In this document: in pieces, positions 25,661 to 36,326 of the stretch
Layout: each line of letters begins with the position of its first letter
Numbering within the stretch: position 1 is the first letter of the stretch
Assembly (NCBI GenBank): GCA_034520945.1
Contig: JAXHNB010000005.1
Location: 640,001 to 704,000 of the forward strand
Reading direction: 5' to 3'
Length of the DNA: 64,000 nt
Origin: Trueperaceae bacterium
GTDB lineage: Bacteria > Deinococcota > Deinococci > Deinococcales > Trueperaceae
Made by a program: the position numbers and the translations under genes
Notes under the pieces: generated by a model
Seen by the model: only the letters and a program-made list of their open reading frames with translations
What the model was told of the DNA's origin: nothing
Database searches by the model: none

Positions 25661-26917
25661 TCAGACCACGCCAAGGGCGCGCCCGACCCTCTCGAAGGCT
25701 TCGAGCAGTTGGTCCAACTGTGCATCGGTGTGGTTCGCGTTCACGCTGGTGCGAATGATCGACTTGCCCTGCGGCACGCCGGGAGGCAGGGCGGGGGTGG
25801 TGAACACGCCCGCGTCCCACAGGCCGCGCCAGAACCGCATGGTGGTGTCGTCGTCCCCGATCAGGGCCGGCACGATCGGGGTGCGGCTCCCCAGCGTGTC
25901 GAACCCAAGGCCATCCAGGCCGGTGCGGAGCTTGGCGACGTTGTCCCACAGCCGGTCGCGGTGCCACGGTTCGGTCTCGATGATGTCCAGCGCCTTCAGG
26001 GCGGCCGCCATCTGCATGGCGGGCAGCGCGGCGGTGAACATGAACGGCCGGGCATGGTGCTTGACGTAGTTCACGACCTTGGCCGGGCCCGCCATGAACC
26101 CGCCGACCGATCCGAACGCCTTCGAGAAGGTGCCCACGATCAGGTCCACCTCGGCCTCGAGGCCGAAGTGTTCGGCGGTGCCGCGCCCGTGGGCGCCCAG
26201 AACGCCGGTGGCGTGCGCATCGTCCACGATGAGGCGGGCGCCGTACCTTCGCGCGACCTCGACCAGTTCGGGCAGCGGCGCCACGTGACCGCTCATCGAG
26301 AACACGCCGTCGGTGACGATGATGCGGCCGCCGGGGCGGTCGACGTCCCGCTCCAGCAGGCGAGCGAGGTCGTCGACGTCGCCGTGGTCGTACTTGCGCA
26401 ACGACCCGAAGCTCAGCCGGGCGCCGTCGTACAGGCAGGCGTGGTTCTCGCGATCGAAGTACAGCACGTCGTGTCGGCCCGCCAGCGCGGCGATGACCGC
26501 CAGCGCCCCCAGGTAGCCGGCGCTGAAGGTCAGCACCGACTCGCGCTGCAGGAACACCGCCAGGCGTTGTTCCAGCGTGTGATGCAACGACAGCGTCCCC
26601 GTCAGAAAGCGCGAGCCGGTGCAGCTGGTGCCGAACCCGTTCAGCGCGTCGCGGGCCGCGGTCTTGAGGCGCTCGTCCTGCGTCAGCCCGAGGTAGTCGT
26701 TCGAGCCGGAAATCACCATCTCGCGGCCGTCGACGACCACCGTGCCGCCCTGCTGGGACTCGATCACCTTGAAGTAGGGGTGCAGCCCCGCCCGTTCGGC
26801 CCATTCGGCGCGCGTGAACGCGAACGCCTTGGCGAACGCGTCCTCGGCGGCACGCCCATCGGCGCCGGTGCGCTCGGGATGTGCGGTCGTCGGGGAAAAC
26901 TCGCGAGCGTCAGACAA
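25661..26917 (-). CDS. spt: PLP-dependent alpha-oxoamine synthase, serine palmitoyltransferase-like
   Basis: TTG start after GGAGG; GLHPYF, GSNDYLGL, GTSCTGSRFLTGT, NHAC, DDAH, GTFSK (PLP Lys), FTAALP, PPGVP..IIRTS. Confidence 0.8.
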   Translation of the reverse strand: MSDAREFSPTTAHPERTGADGRAAEDAFAKAFAFTRAEWAERAGLHPYFKVIESQQGGTVVVDGREMVISGSNDYLGLTQDERLKTAARDALNGFGTSCTGSRFLTGTLSLHHTLEQRLAVFLQRESVLTFSAGYLGALAVIAALAGRHDVLYFDRENHACLYDGARLSFGSLRKYDHGDVDDLARLLERDVDRPGGRIIVTDGVFSMSGHVAPLPELVEVARRYGARLIVDDAHATGVLGAHGRGTAEHFGLEAEVDLIVGTFSKAFGSVGGFMAGPAKVVNYVKHHARPFMFTAALPAMQMAAALKALDIIETEPWHRDRLWDNVAKLRTGLDGLGFDTLGSRTPIVPALIGDDDTTMRFWRGLWDAGVFTTPALPPGVPQGKSIIRTSVNANHTDAQLDQLLEAFERVGRALGVV

Positions 26918-26955
26918 GAAGGCCTCCAGCGCCGGTCGCCCCCGGCGAACGGGGC

Positions 26956-26964
26956 ATGATAGCA
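26956..26964 (-). promoter_or_regulatory. Extended -10 promoter of spt operon
   Basis: TGcTATCAT on minus strand ~40 nt upstream of TTG start. Confidence 0.5.
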
Positions 26965-27099
26965 CGCACCCATCGACGTTCCGTGTGGGCGGATCGTCCA
27001 GGGACGCCGGCTCGGCGTGACGGGGACGCGCCCCGCCGGCGCTGCCCGGCCGTTTCCGGCACGTGCCGTGCGGCGCGGCACCCGGCCGCTGGCAGCCGG

Positions 27100-27105
27100 T
27101 ATAAT
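27100..27105 (+). promoter_or_regulatory. -10 element for GNAT gene
   Basis: Consensus TATAAT 45 nt upstream of ATG 27151. Confidence 0.55.
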
Positions 27106-27150
27106 CAAAGCAGTGAACGGATTCGATGCGATTTCGTCGAAGGGGGGACG

Positions 27151-27702
27151 ATGGAAGCTTCCGCCCAGGTGACGGCGCCTGGCGTGTCGTTGCGGCCCAC
27201 GGGGCCGGACGACACCGAGCGCGTCCACGCCCTGTACCTGTCGGTTCCCAGCTACTTCGACGTCCTGAACGCGCCCGTGCCCTCCGCCGAAGAGGTCCGG
27301 ACCGAGCTCGAGGCGGCCGCGGGCGATCCAAGGCGCCGCACCGAGCTGATCTTGTTGCACGACGACCCTTCGCCGGCCACGCCGGACCCGGACCCGCACA
27401 CCGGGGCATGGGTGGCGGGCTACCTGGATGTCACCCTCGACTACATCGAGGAGGGGGACGCCACCGTCAACCTGTTGCTGGTGCGCACCGACCTGCAGCG
27501 CCGCGGCATCGGCGCGGCCTGCATGCGGGCGTTGGAGGAGCGCCTTCAGGGGCGGGCGACCCGTGTCTTGGCCAGCGTGTACGGGAGCAACCCCGGGGCG
27601 CGGCGGTTCTGGCATCAGCTCGGCTACCGGTTCGCCATCGATGCGGCGCCGGTATTGGCGTGGTACGCCAAGCGGATCGTGCCCTCGGCGACGCCCGGCT
27701 GA
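27151..27702 (+). CDS. GNAT family N-acetyltransferase
   Basis: LLLV..DLQRRGIG acetyl-CoA motif; N.GARRFW..LGY. Confidence 0.85.
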   Translation: MEASAQVTAPGVSLRPTGPDDTERVHALYLSVPSYFDVLNAPVPSAEEVRTELEAAAGDPRRRTELILLHDDPSPATPDPDPHTGAWVAGYLDVTLDYIEEGDATVNLLLVRTDLQRRGIGAACMRALEERLQGRATRVLASVYGSNPGARRFWHQLGYRFAIDAAPVLAWYAKRIVPSATPG

Positions 27703-27832
27703 GGCGGGTGCGGCGGCGCGACACGTGCCCCGGGCCGGTCGGGACGGCCGGGGGCGAGGTGATAGACTGCGCCAGACGAACCGTGCATGTGTCGGGCGCG
27801 TGCGCGCCCGTTTCCAGTGGAGGCAACCTCTG

Positions 27833-28389
27833 ATGATCAGTGTGACGGATTTGCGGGGCGGTACCAAGGTCGAGATGGACGGGGGGCTCTGGGAGTGCCT
27901 CGAGTCCCAGCACCAGAAGATCGGTCGGGGTGGGGCCAAGGTGGTCGCGAAGTTCCGCAACCTCGAGACCGGCGCCACCAAGGATCGCACCTTCAACGCA
28001 GGCGACAAGCTGCAGGACGTGTTCATCGACTACCGGCCCATGCAGTACCTGTTCCACGACGGCGACCTGTACACCTTCATGGACACGGAGACCTTCGAGC
28101 AGCCCTCCCTGAGTCGTGCGCAGCTCGGGGACGCCGCCAAGTGGCTGAAGCAGAACACCGAGGTCACGGTGGACTACCATCGCGGCAAGCCGCTCAAGGT
28201 CACCCTCCCGAACGTCGTCGAGGTCACCGTCACCGAGACGGACCCCGGCATGAAGGGCGACACCGTCTCGGGCGGCAGCAAGCCCGCCAAGGTCGAGACG
28301 GGCGCGACGGTGTCGGTGCCGCTCTTCCTGGAGCAGGGCACCGTGATCAAGGTGGATACGCGCACCGGCGAGTACCTAGGAAGGGCCTG

Positions 28390-28390
<1 letters not shown>
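27833..28390 (+). CDS. efp: Elongation factor P
   Basis: [31 protein letters not shown]. Confidence 0.97.
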
Positions 28391-28881
<491 letters not shown>

Positions 28882-28884
28882 GCC

Positions 28885-30219
28885 GTGTTCAAGAAGATTC
28901 TCATCGCCAATCGGGGCGAGATCGCGCTCCGGATCCTCCGCGCGGCGCGCGAGTTGGGCGTCCGGACGGTGGCGGCCTACTCCGAGGTGGACGTGAACAG
29001 CCTGCCGGTGCTGTTGGCGGACGAGGCGGTGTGCATCGGGCCCACCCGCGCGAGCGGGTCGTACCTCAACGTGCGCAACCTCCTGTCGGCCGCCCTGGTG
29101 ACCGGGTGCGAAGCGGTCCATCCCGGCTACGGCTTCCTGGCCGAGAACGCCGAGTTCGCCGAGAAGTGCGAGGAGCACAACCTGGTGTTCATCGGGCCGC
29201 GCCCGGAGACGATCCGCCGCATCGGCGACAAGGCCAGCGCACGGGCGTTGGCGCAGGAGGCGGGCGTGCCCCTCACGCCCGGCTCGGGCGCGCTGACCGA
29301 CGTGGAGGATGCGCGCCGCTACGCGGACGACATCGGCTACCCCGTCATCCTCAAGGCGTCCGCCGGCGGCGGGGGGCGCGGCATGCGGGTGGCGCAGAGC
29401 GGCAAGGACCTCGAGCGGCAGTTCGTCCATGCGCGCGAGGAGGCGCGCGAAGCGTTCGGGAACCCGGAGATGTACCTCGAGAAGTACCTCGAAGAGCCCA
29501 AGCACGTCGAGATCCAGGTGTTCGGGGACGGCGAAGGGAACGTGATCCATTACTTCGATCGCGACTGCTCGATCCAGCGCCGCTACCAGAAGGTCCTGGA
29601 GGAGGCGCCCAGCATCCTCGACCCGGGCTTGCGGCACGACATCGCCGAGGCGGCGGTATCGCTGGCGCGGCACATCCACTACCGCGGGGCCGGCACCTGC
29701 GAGTTTCTGGTCGACAAGCACGGCGCCTTCTTCTTCAGCGAGATGAACACGCGCATTCAGGTGGAACACCCCGCCACCGAGTTGGTGACGCGGTCCGACC
29801 TGGTGCGGGAGCAGTTCCTGGTCGCCGCCGGCGAGGGGATGTCGTGGACGCAGGACGACGTGCGCGTCGAGGGGCACGCGATCGAGGTCCGCATCAACGC
29901 GGAGGACCCTGACCGCGATTTCCGCCCGTCGGCGGGGACGGTGACGGACGTGCACTGGCCGGGCGGGCCGGGCATCCGGGTCGATTCGCACATCTACGCC
30001 GGGTACCGTGTGCCGCCGAGCTACGACAGCCTGATCGCCAAGATCCTCTCGTGGGCGCCCGATCGGGAGCGCGCCATCGCCCGCATGGAGCGCGCCTTGC
30101 GGGAGACGGTGATCGAGGGCGTGACCACGACCATTCCGTTCCACTTGCGGGTGTTGGACAATGCCTTCTACCGTAGGGGCGCGGTGTACACCAACTTCAT
30201 CGCGCGCAGGCTCACCTGA
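28885..30219 (+). CDS. accC: Biotin carboxylase
   Basis: IANRGEIALR, HPGYGFLAEN, GGGGRGMR, EMNTRIQVEH. Confidence 0.97.
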   Translation: MFKKILIANRGEIALRILRAARELGVRTVAAYSEVDVNSLPVLLADEAVCIGPTRASGSYLNVRNLLSAALVTGCEAVHPGYGFLAENAEFAEKCEEHNLVFIGPRPETIRRIGDKASARALAQEAGVPLTPGSGALTDVEDARRYADDIGYPVILKASAGGGGRGMRVAQSGKDLERQFVHAREEAREAFGNPEMYLEKYLEEPKHVEIQVFGDGEGNVIHYFDRDCSIQRRYQKVLEEAPSILDPGLRHDIAEAAVSLARHIHYRGAGTCEFLVDKHGAFFFSEMNTRIQVEHPATELVTRSDLVREQFLVAAGEGMSWTQDDVRVEGHAIEVRINAEDPDRDFRPSAGTVTDVHWPGGPGIRVDSHIYAGYRVPPSYDSLIAKILSWAPDRERAIARMERALRETVIEGVTTTIPFHLRVLDNAFYRRGAVYTNFIARRLT

Positions 30220-30236
30220 TGCGGGGAGAGGATGCC

Positions 30237-30605
30237 ATGCCGACCAAGCCGGTCACGACCGACGTCGGACAGGACGTGCTGTTCGGGATCGCCCAGCTCG
30301 CGTTGGAACGGGTGGACGGCCTTCGGCCGTTGGCGCCGCCGGCCCGCGTGGGCGAGTTCCTGACCGGTCGGCGCGCCAAGGGGATGCGGGTGGAACGCAG
30401 CGGCGACGTGGTCGAGATCGATCTCAACGTCACCGTCCGGTACGGTCTGGAGATCCCCAAGCTCGCGGCCCGCGCGCAGAAGGTGGTGCGCGAAGCGGTC
30501 GCCTCGATGACGGGCCTCGACGTGCGCGCCGTCCGCGTGAACGTGGTGGGGATCGACCTGTCGCAACGTCCATCGGACGACGAGGTGGAGGACGCCGGTG
30601 GCTAG
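30237..30605 (+). CDS. Asp23/Gls24 family protein
   Basis: VRYG..IP...QK.VREAV..MTGL.V..V.VNV; conserved accC-asp23-nusB context. Confidence 0.88.
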   Translation: MPTKPVTTDVGQDVLFGIAQLALERVDGLRPLAPPARVGEFLTGRRAKGMRVERSGDVVEIDLNVTVRYGLEIPKLAARAQKVVREAVASMTGLDVRAVRVNVVGIDLSQRPSDDEVEDAGG

Positions 30606-31062
30606 GCGCCGTGCACGCGAACTGGCGTTTCGGGCCCTGTTCCAGGCCGACCGGGGCGGGGTGGACCTGGACACCGTGTGGGCCCAGGTGCGCGCCGAGG
30701 CGGGCGACGGCCGCGATCCGGACGACGAGGATGCCTACGGCGACGTGCTGGACGCCGAGGCATTGGCGTTCGCGCAGCGTTTGGTGCAGGCCTACCGGGA
30801 CCACAAGGCCGAGATCGACGGGGAGCTGACCGACCTCATCGAGGGGTGGACGTTCCCGCAGATGTCGCAGACCGACCTGAACGTGCTGCGCCTGGCGCTG
30901 AGCGAGCTCCGCTACGAGGTGGACGTGCCGGCGCGGGTGACGCTCGAAATGGCGGTGCGCCTGGCCAAGCGCTTCGGCGGCGAGGACTCCGGGCGCTTCG
31001 TGAACGGGGTGCTGGGCGCGGTCTACCGCAAGATGCATCCTAGAGCGGCGGAGGTACCATGA
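30598..31062 (+). CDS. nusB: Transcription antitermination factor NusB
   Basis: RRRARELAFRALFQ, DLNVLRLA, SGRFVNGVLG. Confidence 0.95.
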   Translation: MARRRARELAFRALFQADRGGVDLDTVWAQVRAEAGDGRDPDDEDAYGDVLDAEALAFAQRLVQAYRDHKAEIDGELTDLIEGWTFPQMSQTDLNVLRLALSELRYEVDVPARVTLEMAVRLAKRFGGEDSGRFVNGVLGAVYRKMHPRAAEVP

Positions 31063-31904
31063 GCGCGCAGGTGATGCGGGGCCGCGAGGTGGCGACCGCG
31101 CTGCTGGAGGAGCTGCGGGCGGACGTGGACGCCCTGCCGGCCGCGCCGCGACTGGTGTTCGTGCGGGCCAGCAGCGATCCCGCCAGCGCGTCGTACGTAC
31201 GCTCCAAGGCCAAGCTGGCGGGCAAGGCGGGCGTGCGGCACGAGACCCGCGTCCTGGAGGCGACCGCGTCGCAGCAGGACGTGCTGGACGCCGTCGCCGA
31301 GGCCAACGACGATCCCGACGTCGACGGGGTGTTGGTGCAGTTGCCGCTGCACGACCACCTGGACGCGGGGCCGATCCTGGACGCGGTCGATCCGGACAAG
31401 GACGTGGACGGCCTTCATCCCGTGAACGTGGGACGTCTGTGGAGCGGCCGGCCCGGGTTGGTGCCGGCCACGCCGGCAGGATTGATGCGCATCCTGGATC
31501 ACTACCGCGTGGAGATCGAGGGGCGGCACGTGGTGATCATAGGCCGAAGCGAGCTGGTCGGCAAGCCCGCGGCGGCGCTGTTCCTGCGCCGGCACGCCAC
31601 GGTGACCGTGGCGCACTCCCGCACCCGTGACCTGCCCGCGCAGGTACGACGGGGCGACATCGTGTTGGCGGCGGCGGGCCGGCCGGGCTTGATCCAGCCG
31701 GACATGGTTCGCGCCGGCGCCGTGGTGCTGGACGTGGGGCAGTCCCGCGTGGACGGGTCGCTGCGGGGGGACGTCGCGCCCGAGGTGGCCGAGGTGGCGT
31801 CCGCGCTGACCCCCACGCCCGGCGGGACGGGACCGATGACCGTCGCCATGGTGGTGGCGAATACGGTGGCGGCGGCGCGGGCGCGCCGAGGAAACGGTGT
31901 CTGA
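31059..31904 (+). CDS. folD: Methylenetetrahydrofolate dehydrogenase/cyclohydrolase
   Basis: YVRSK, VQLPL, KDVDGLHP, GRSELVGKP, PGGTGPMTVAM. Confidence 0.96.
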   Translation: MSAQVMRGREVATALLEELRADVDALPAAPRLVFVRASSDPASASYVRSKAKLAGKAGVRHETRVLEATASQQDVLDAVAEANDDPDVDGVLVQLPLHDHLDAGPILDAVDPDKDVDGLHPVNVGRLWSGRPGLVPATPAGLMRILDHYRVEIEGRHVVIIGRSELVGKPAAALFLRRHATVTVAHSRTRDLPAQVRRGDIVLAAAGRPGLIQPDMVRAGAVVLDVGQSRVDGSLRGDVAPEVAEVASALTPTPGGTGPMTVAMVVANTVAAARARRGNGV

Positions 31905-32997
31905 CATTCTGGCCAACGGGCCCTTGTGGGTCGCGGTGGCCGCGACGGCGGTCGCCCAGGTGGTGAAGGTCCTGCTGGTGTTGGCGACGGAGCGGCGCTG
32001 GGCGTTCGACCGGTTGCTCGAGACGGGCGGCATGCCGTCGTCGCACTCGGCGGCGGTGACGGCCCTGGCGCTCAGCATCGGTGCGCAGGAGGGGTGGGGC
32101 TCGCCGCTGTTCGCGGTGGCGGCCGTCACCGGCGGGGTCGTCATGTACGACGCCACCGGCATCCGGCGCGCCGCCGGCATGCAGGCGCAGATGATCAACG
32201 ACCTCGTCGAGGAGCTCGGGCACCTGTTCGACGACGGCTTCCAACCCCAGGCGTTGAAGACGTTGTTGGGGCACACCTACCCGCAGGTGCTGGTGGGCGG
32301 CCTCGTCGGGGTGGTCACCGCGGTGCTGCTGACCGGTTGACGGGCGCGCGGCGGGCCGCTGGGTTCCCTCGCGCGTGAGGGGCGGGGGTGGACGTCCGGC
32401 CCGGGCCACCACGGCGATGCGGACCTCCCGCGCCCCGGCGCGCAGCAGCGCGGCGCGGCAGGCTATCGCGGTCGCGCCGGTCGTCCACACGTCGTCCACG
32501 AGGAGCACCGGCACGGGCGGCAGCCGCAGGCAGGTGAACGCCCCCGCGACGTTGGCCGTCCGCGCGCCGCCGCGCGCCCGGGCCTGCCGCGCGGTCGAGC
32601 GTACACGGCGCAGCGGGTGGGCGTGGGGCACCCCGAGCGCCGCCGCCACGCCGGCGGCGATCCGTGCCGCCTGGTCGTACCCCCGCCGGCGCCGCCGGCG
32701 GGGGTGCAGCGGGACCGGAACCACGCGCGCGACCGGCCAATCGCGCACGCGGGCGCCGAGGCGGCGCCCCAGCGCATGCGCCAACGCCAGGCGCCCCCCG
32801 AACTTCACGGCGCGAACCGCGCGAAGCACCGCGCCGTCGTACGGGCCGAGCCAGGCGAGGGGAACGCCGCCCAGCCGGTCGCGCCCCGCCCCCGCGACCA
32901 GGCGCCGCAGGCAGGGCCGGCACGCCCCTTCGGGCCCGGCGGCGCGGCGCCCACACAGGGGGCACGGCGTCAAGGAGGCCAGCAGTCGCGCGAACAT
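31537..32997 (-). CDS. comF: ComF family phosphoribosyltransferase-like protein (homology ends ~32390; frame has no stop until 31537)
   Basis: CPLC..C..C zinc finger, PVPLH..R..RRGYDQA, LLVDDVWTTGAT. Confidence 0.75.
   Translation of the reverse strand: MFARLLASLTPCPLCGRRAAGPEGACRPCLRRLVAGAGRDRLGGVPLAWLGPYDGAVLRAVRAVKFGGRLALAHALGRRLGARVRDWPVARVVPVPLHPRRRRRRGYDQAARIAAGVAAALGVPHAHPLRRVRSTARQARARGGARTANVAGAFTCLRLPPVPVLLVDDVWTTGATAIACRAALLRAGAREVRIAVVARAGRPPPPLTREGTQRPAARPSTGQQHRGDHPDEAAHQHLRVGVPQQRLQRLGLEAVVEQVPELLDEVVDHLRLHAGGAPDAGGVVHDDPAGDGRHREQRRAPPLLRTDAERQGRHRRRVRRRHAARLEQPVERPAPLRRQHQQDLHHLGDRRRGHRDPQGPVGQNVRHRFLGAPAPPPPYSPPPWRRSSVPSRRAWGSARTPPRPPRARRPPAATRPRGTAPRPAPRRRREPCPAGSSPAGPPPPTRCRPVVPARAGHGCGSAPRSPWRAGAGTAPPRACRPARFGL
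31897..32340 (+). CDS. Divergent PAP2 family protein (DUF212)
   Basis: TGGMPSSHSA, VMYDATGIRR, LGHTYPQV. Confidence 0.92.
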   Translation: MSDILANGPLWVAVAATAVAQVVKVLLVLATERRWAFDRLLETGGMPSSHSAAVTALALSIGAQEGWGSPLFAVAAVTGGVVMYDATGIRRAAGMQAQMINDLVEELGHLFDDGFQPQALKTLLGHTYPQVLVGGLVGVVTAVLLTG

Positions 32998-33064
32998 GCC
33001 GCACGCTACGCGTCCGCCGCCGTCCACGTCCGGCGTGGTGGGCGCCGTGCCGCGTGGAGACGCG

Positions 33065-34075
33065 TCAGGCGTGGCGTTCGGCCAGGCCGGTGAGCAGGTT
33101 CAGCAGGTCGAAGGCGGCGGTCGGGTCGGCGGCGGCCGAGAAGGCGTCGCGGAGCCCCGAGAGTCCCTGCGCGGCGTCGCGCTCCGCCACGCCCTGGGCG
33201 TACGCGATCGCGTCGGCGCGGGCCAGGAGGTCCAGCGCTTCGCGCATCTCCTCGGGGCGCTTCTGGGCTCGGGGCCGCCCGAGCAGGTCGCGCAGCCGCG
33301 CCCGGTCGCTGGCGTCCAGCACCTCGAAGGCGCGCGCCAGCACCAGGGTGCGCTTCCCCTCGTACAGGTCGCCGGCGAACTCCTTGCCGTACGCGCCAGA
33401 CTCGTCGGGCAGGAGGTTCAGCACGTCATCGCGGATTTGGAAGGCGCGGCCCAGCGCCAGCCCGGCTGGGTCCAGGCGGGGATCGGGGTCCACCCCGGCC
33501 ACCAGCGCCCCCAGCCGCAGCGGCGCGACGACGGTGTACCGGGCGGTCTTGCGCTCGATCATGCGCAGGTACGCCGCCTCGGTGACGTCGAAGCGGCCCT
33601 CGGCGACGAACGACAGGTCGAGGTGCTGCCCCTCGGCGGTCCGCTCGATCACGTCCAGGAATTCGGCCAGCACGGCGTTGCGCCAGGGCGCGTCGGTGTG
33701 AATCAGGGTGCGCCACATCGCGACGTGCAGGGCGTCGCCGACGTTGACGGCCACCGGCATGCCGGCGATGCGGTGCAGCGCCGGTTCACCGCGGCGCGTC
33801 TCGGAGTCGTCCTCGACGTCGTCGTGGATCAGCACCCAGTTCTGGAATAGCTCCAGCGCGGCCGCCACGGGGAGCGCGTCTTCTGGATCGGCGCCGTGCG
33901 CGGCGGCGGCCAGCAGCACGACGCGTCCACGCAGTCCCTTGCCGCCCCGTGCGGGGTAGTCGCGCTGCAAGGCGCGGAAGCGGGCCAACTCCGGCACGTC
34001 GTGCCCTTCGGGGACGGCGGCCAGGATCCGCTCACGCAGTCGAGCCATCCATGCCGCGTCATCGCCCGCGGTCAT
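33065..34075 (-). CDS. Short-chain polyprenyl diphosphate synthase (GGPP/FPP synthase)
   Basis: GGKGLR, WVLIHDDVED..RRG, EGQHLD, KTARY, FQIRDD, DLYEGK; bulky Trp at -5 of first DDxxD. Confidence 0.9.
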   Translation of the reverse strand: MTAGDDAAWMARLRERILAAVPEGHDVPELARFRALQRDYPARGGKGLRGRVVLLAAAAHGADPEDALPVAAALELFQNWVLIHDDVEDDSETRRGEPALHRIAGMPVAVNVGDALHVAMWRTLIHTDAPWRNAVLAEFLDVIERTAEGQHLDLSFVAEGRFDVTEAAYLRMIERKTARYTVVAPLRLGALVAGVDPDPRLDPAGLALGRAFQIRDDVLNLLPDESGAYGKEFAGDLYEGKRTLVLARAFEVLDASDRARLRDLLGRPRAQKRPEEMREALDLLARADAIAYAQGVAERDAAQGLSGLRDAFSAAADPTAAFDLLNLLTGLAERHA

Positions 34076-34263
34076 CGGAACAGCACGCGCGTCAGGAACC
34101 AGGTGGCGAGGATCAGGCTCGCCAATACGATCAGGAAGTAGGGGAGGGACGCCCGGTAGGTGGCCAGGATCAAGCGCCACACGTCGCGATGCGACAGTTC
34201 GGGCCGCCCGTTCCGGGGCGGCCCGTCGGTGGAACGATGGCGGTCGGGGTCCGCGTTCGGCAC
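34072..34263 (-). CDS. Small single-TM hypothetical protein (63 aa)
   Basis: Fills the oppF-synthase gap; ATGA overlap with synthase; C-terminal hydrophobic helix. Confidence 0.6.
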   Translation of the reverse strand: MPNADPDRHRSTDGPPRNGRPELSHRDVWRLILATYRASLPYFLIVLASLILATWFLTRVLFR

Positions 34264-34265
34264 GC

Positions 34266-35278
<1,013 letters not shown>

Positions 35279-35282
<4 letters not shown>

Positions 35283-36295
35283 GTGGTCACCCCTGGTTCA
35301 CGAAGATCGATCTCGTCCCAGCGAATGCACCGCACCATGTGCCCGTCGCCTGCGTCCTCGAGCTCGGGGGTGGTTTGCTTGCACTTCTCCTGGGCGTACT
35401 TGCAGCGGGGGTGGAAACTGCATCCCGGCGGGAGGCTGAGCGGGTTGGGGACGTTGCCGGGGATGGACTCCAGGCGATCTTGGAGGTCGGCGGCCTTGTC
35501 CACGCGCGGAATCGAGTTGAGCAGGCCGGCCGTGTACGGCATGCGCGGGTGGGCGTAGATCGATTCGACGTTCGCCTCCTCGACGGCGCGGCCGGCGTAC
35601 ATCACCACCACCCGGTCGGCCATTTCGGCGATGACGCCCAGGTCGTGGGTGATGAACAGGATCGACATGCCGATCTCCTTCTGGAGATTGCGCATCAGGT
35701 CGAGGATCTGCGCCTGAATCGTCACGTCGAGGGCCGTGGTCGGCTCGTCCGCGATCAGCAGTTTGGGGCCACACGACAACGCCATCGCGATCATCACGCG
35801 TTGCCGCATCCCGCCGGACAACTGGTGGGGGTAGTTCCGAACCCGCTTGGCCGGCTCGGGGATCCCGACGAGTTCCAGCATGTCGGTCGCGCTCTTCATC
35901 GCTTGGCGCTTGGTCTTGCCCTGGTGCAGCACGATCGCCTCGGCGATCTGGTCGCCGACGGTGTACACCGGGTTCAGGCTGGTCATCGGTTCCTGGAAGA
36001 TCATGCTGATCTCGTTGCCGCGGATCTTGCGCATCTGCCGTTCGCTCTTCTTCAGCAGATCCTCGCCTTCGAACATGATCTCCCCTTCGGCGAAGCGTCC
36101 AGGGGGTTGCGGAATCAGGCGCATGGTGGAAAGGCTGGTGACGGACTTGCCGGACCCGGACTCGCCGACGACGCCGAGCGTCTCACCGCGGTCCAGGTGG
36201 AAGCTGACGCCGTCCACGGCCTTCACGGTGCCTTCGTCGGTGTCGAAGTAGGTCTTCAGTCCTCGGACGTCGAGCAGCCTGTCAGAGCTGGGCAT
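35279..36295 (-). CDS. oppD: Oligopeptide ABC ATPase (OppD/DppD)
   Basis: [34 protein letters not shown]. Confidence 0.93.
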
Positions 36296-36320
36296 GGGTG
36301 CGAACTCCTCACGAGAGCGG

Positions 36321-36326
36321 ATTCTA
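36321..36326 (-). promoter_or_regulatory. Probable internal -10 for oppD-oppF
   Basis: TAGAAT on minus strand, then AGGAG SD and ATG 36295. Confidence 0.5.

Noticed and set aside
25661..26917. Calling the PLP enzyme BioF or Kbl
   Set aside because: No bio or tdh genes nearby; the GSRFL and HPYF motifs and adjacency to bCerS/CerR-like genes favour SPT (not formally excluded without phylogeny).
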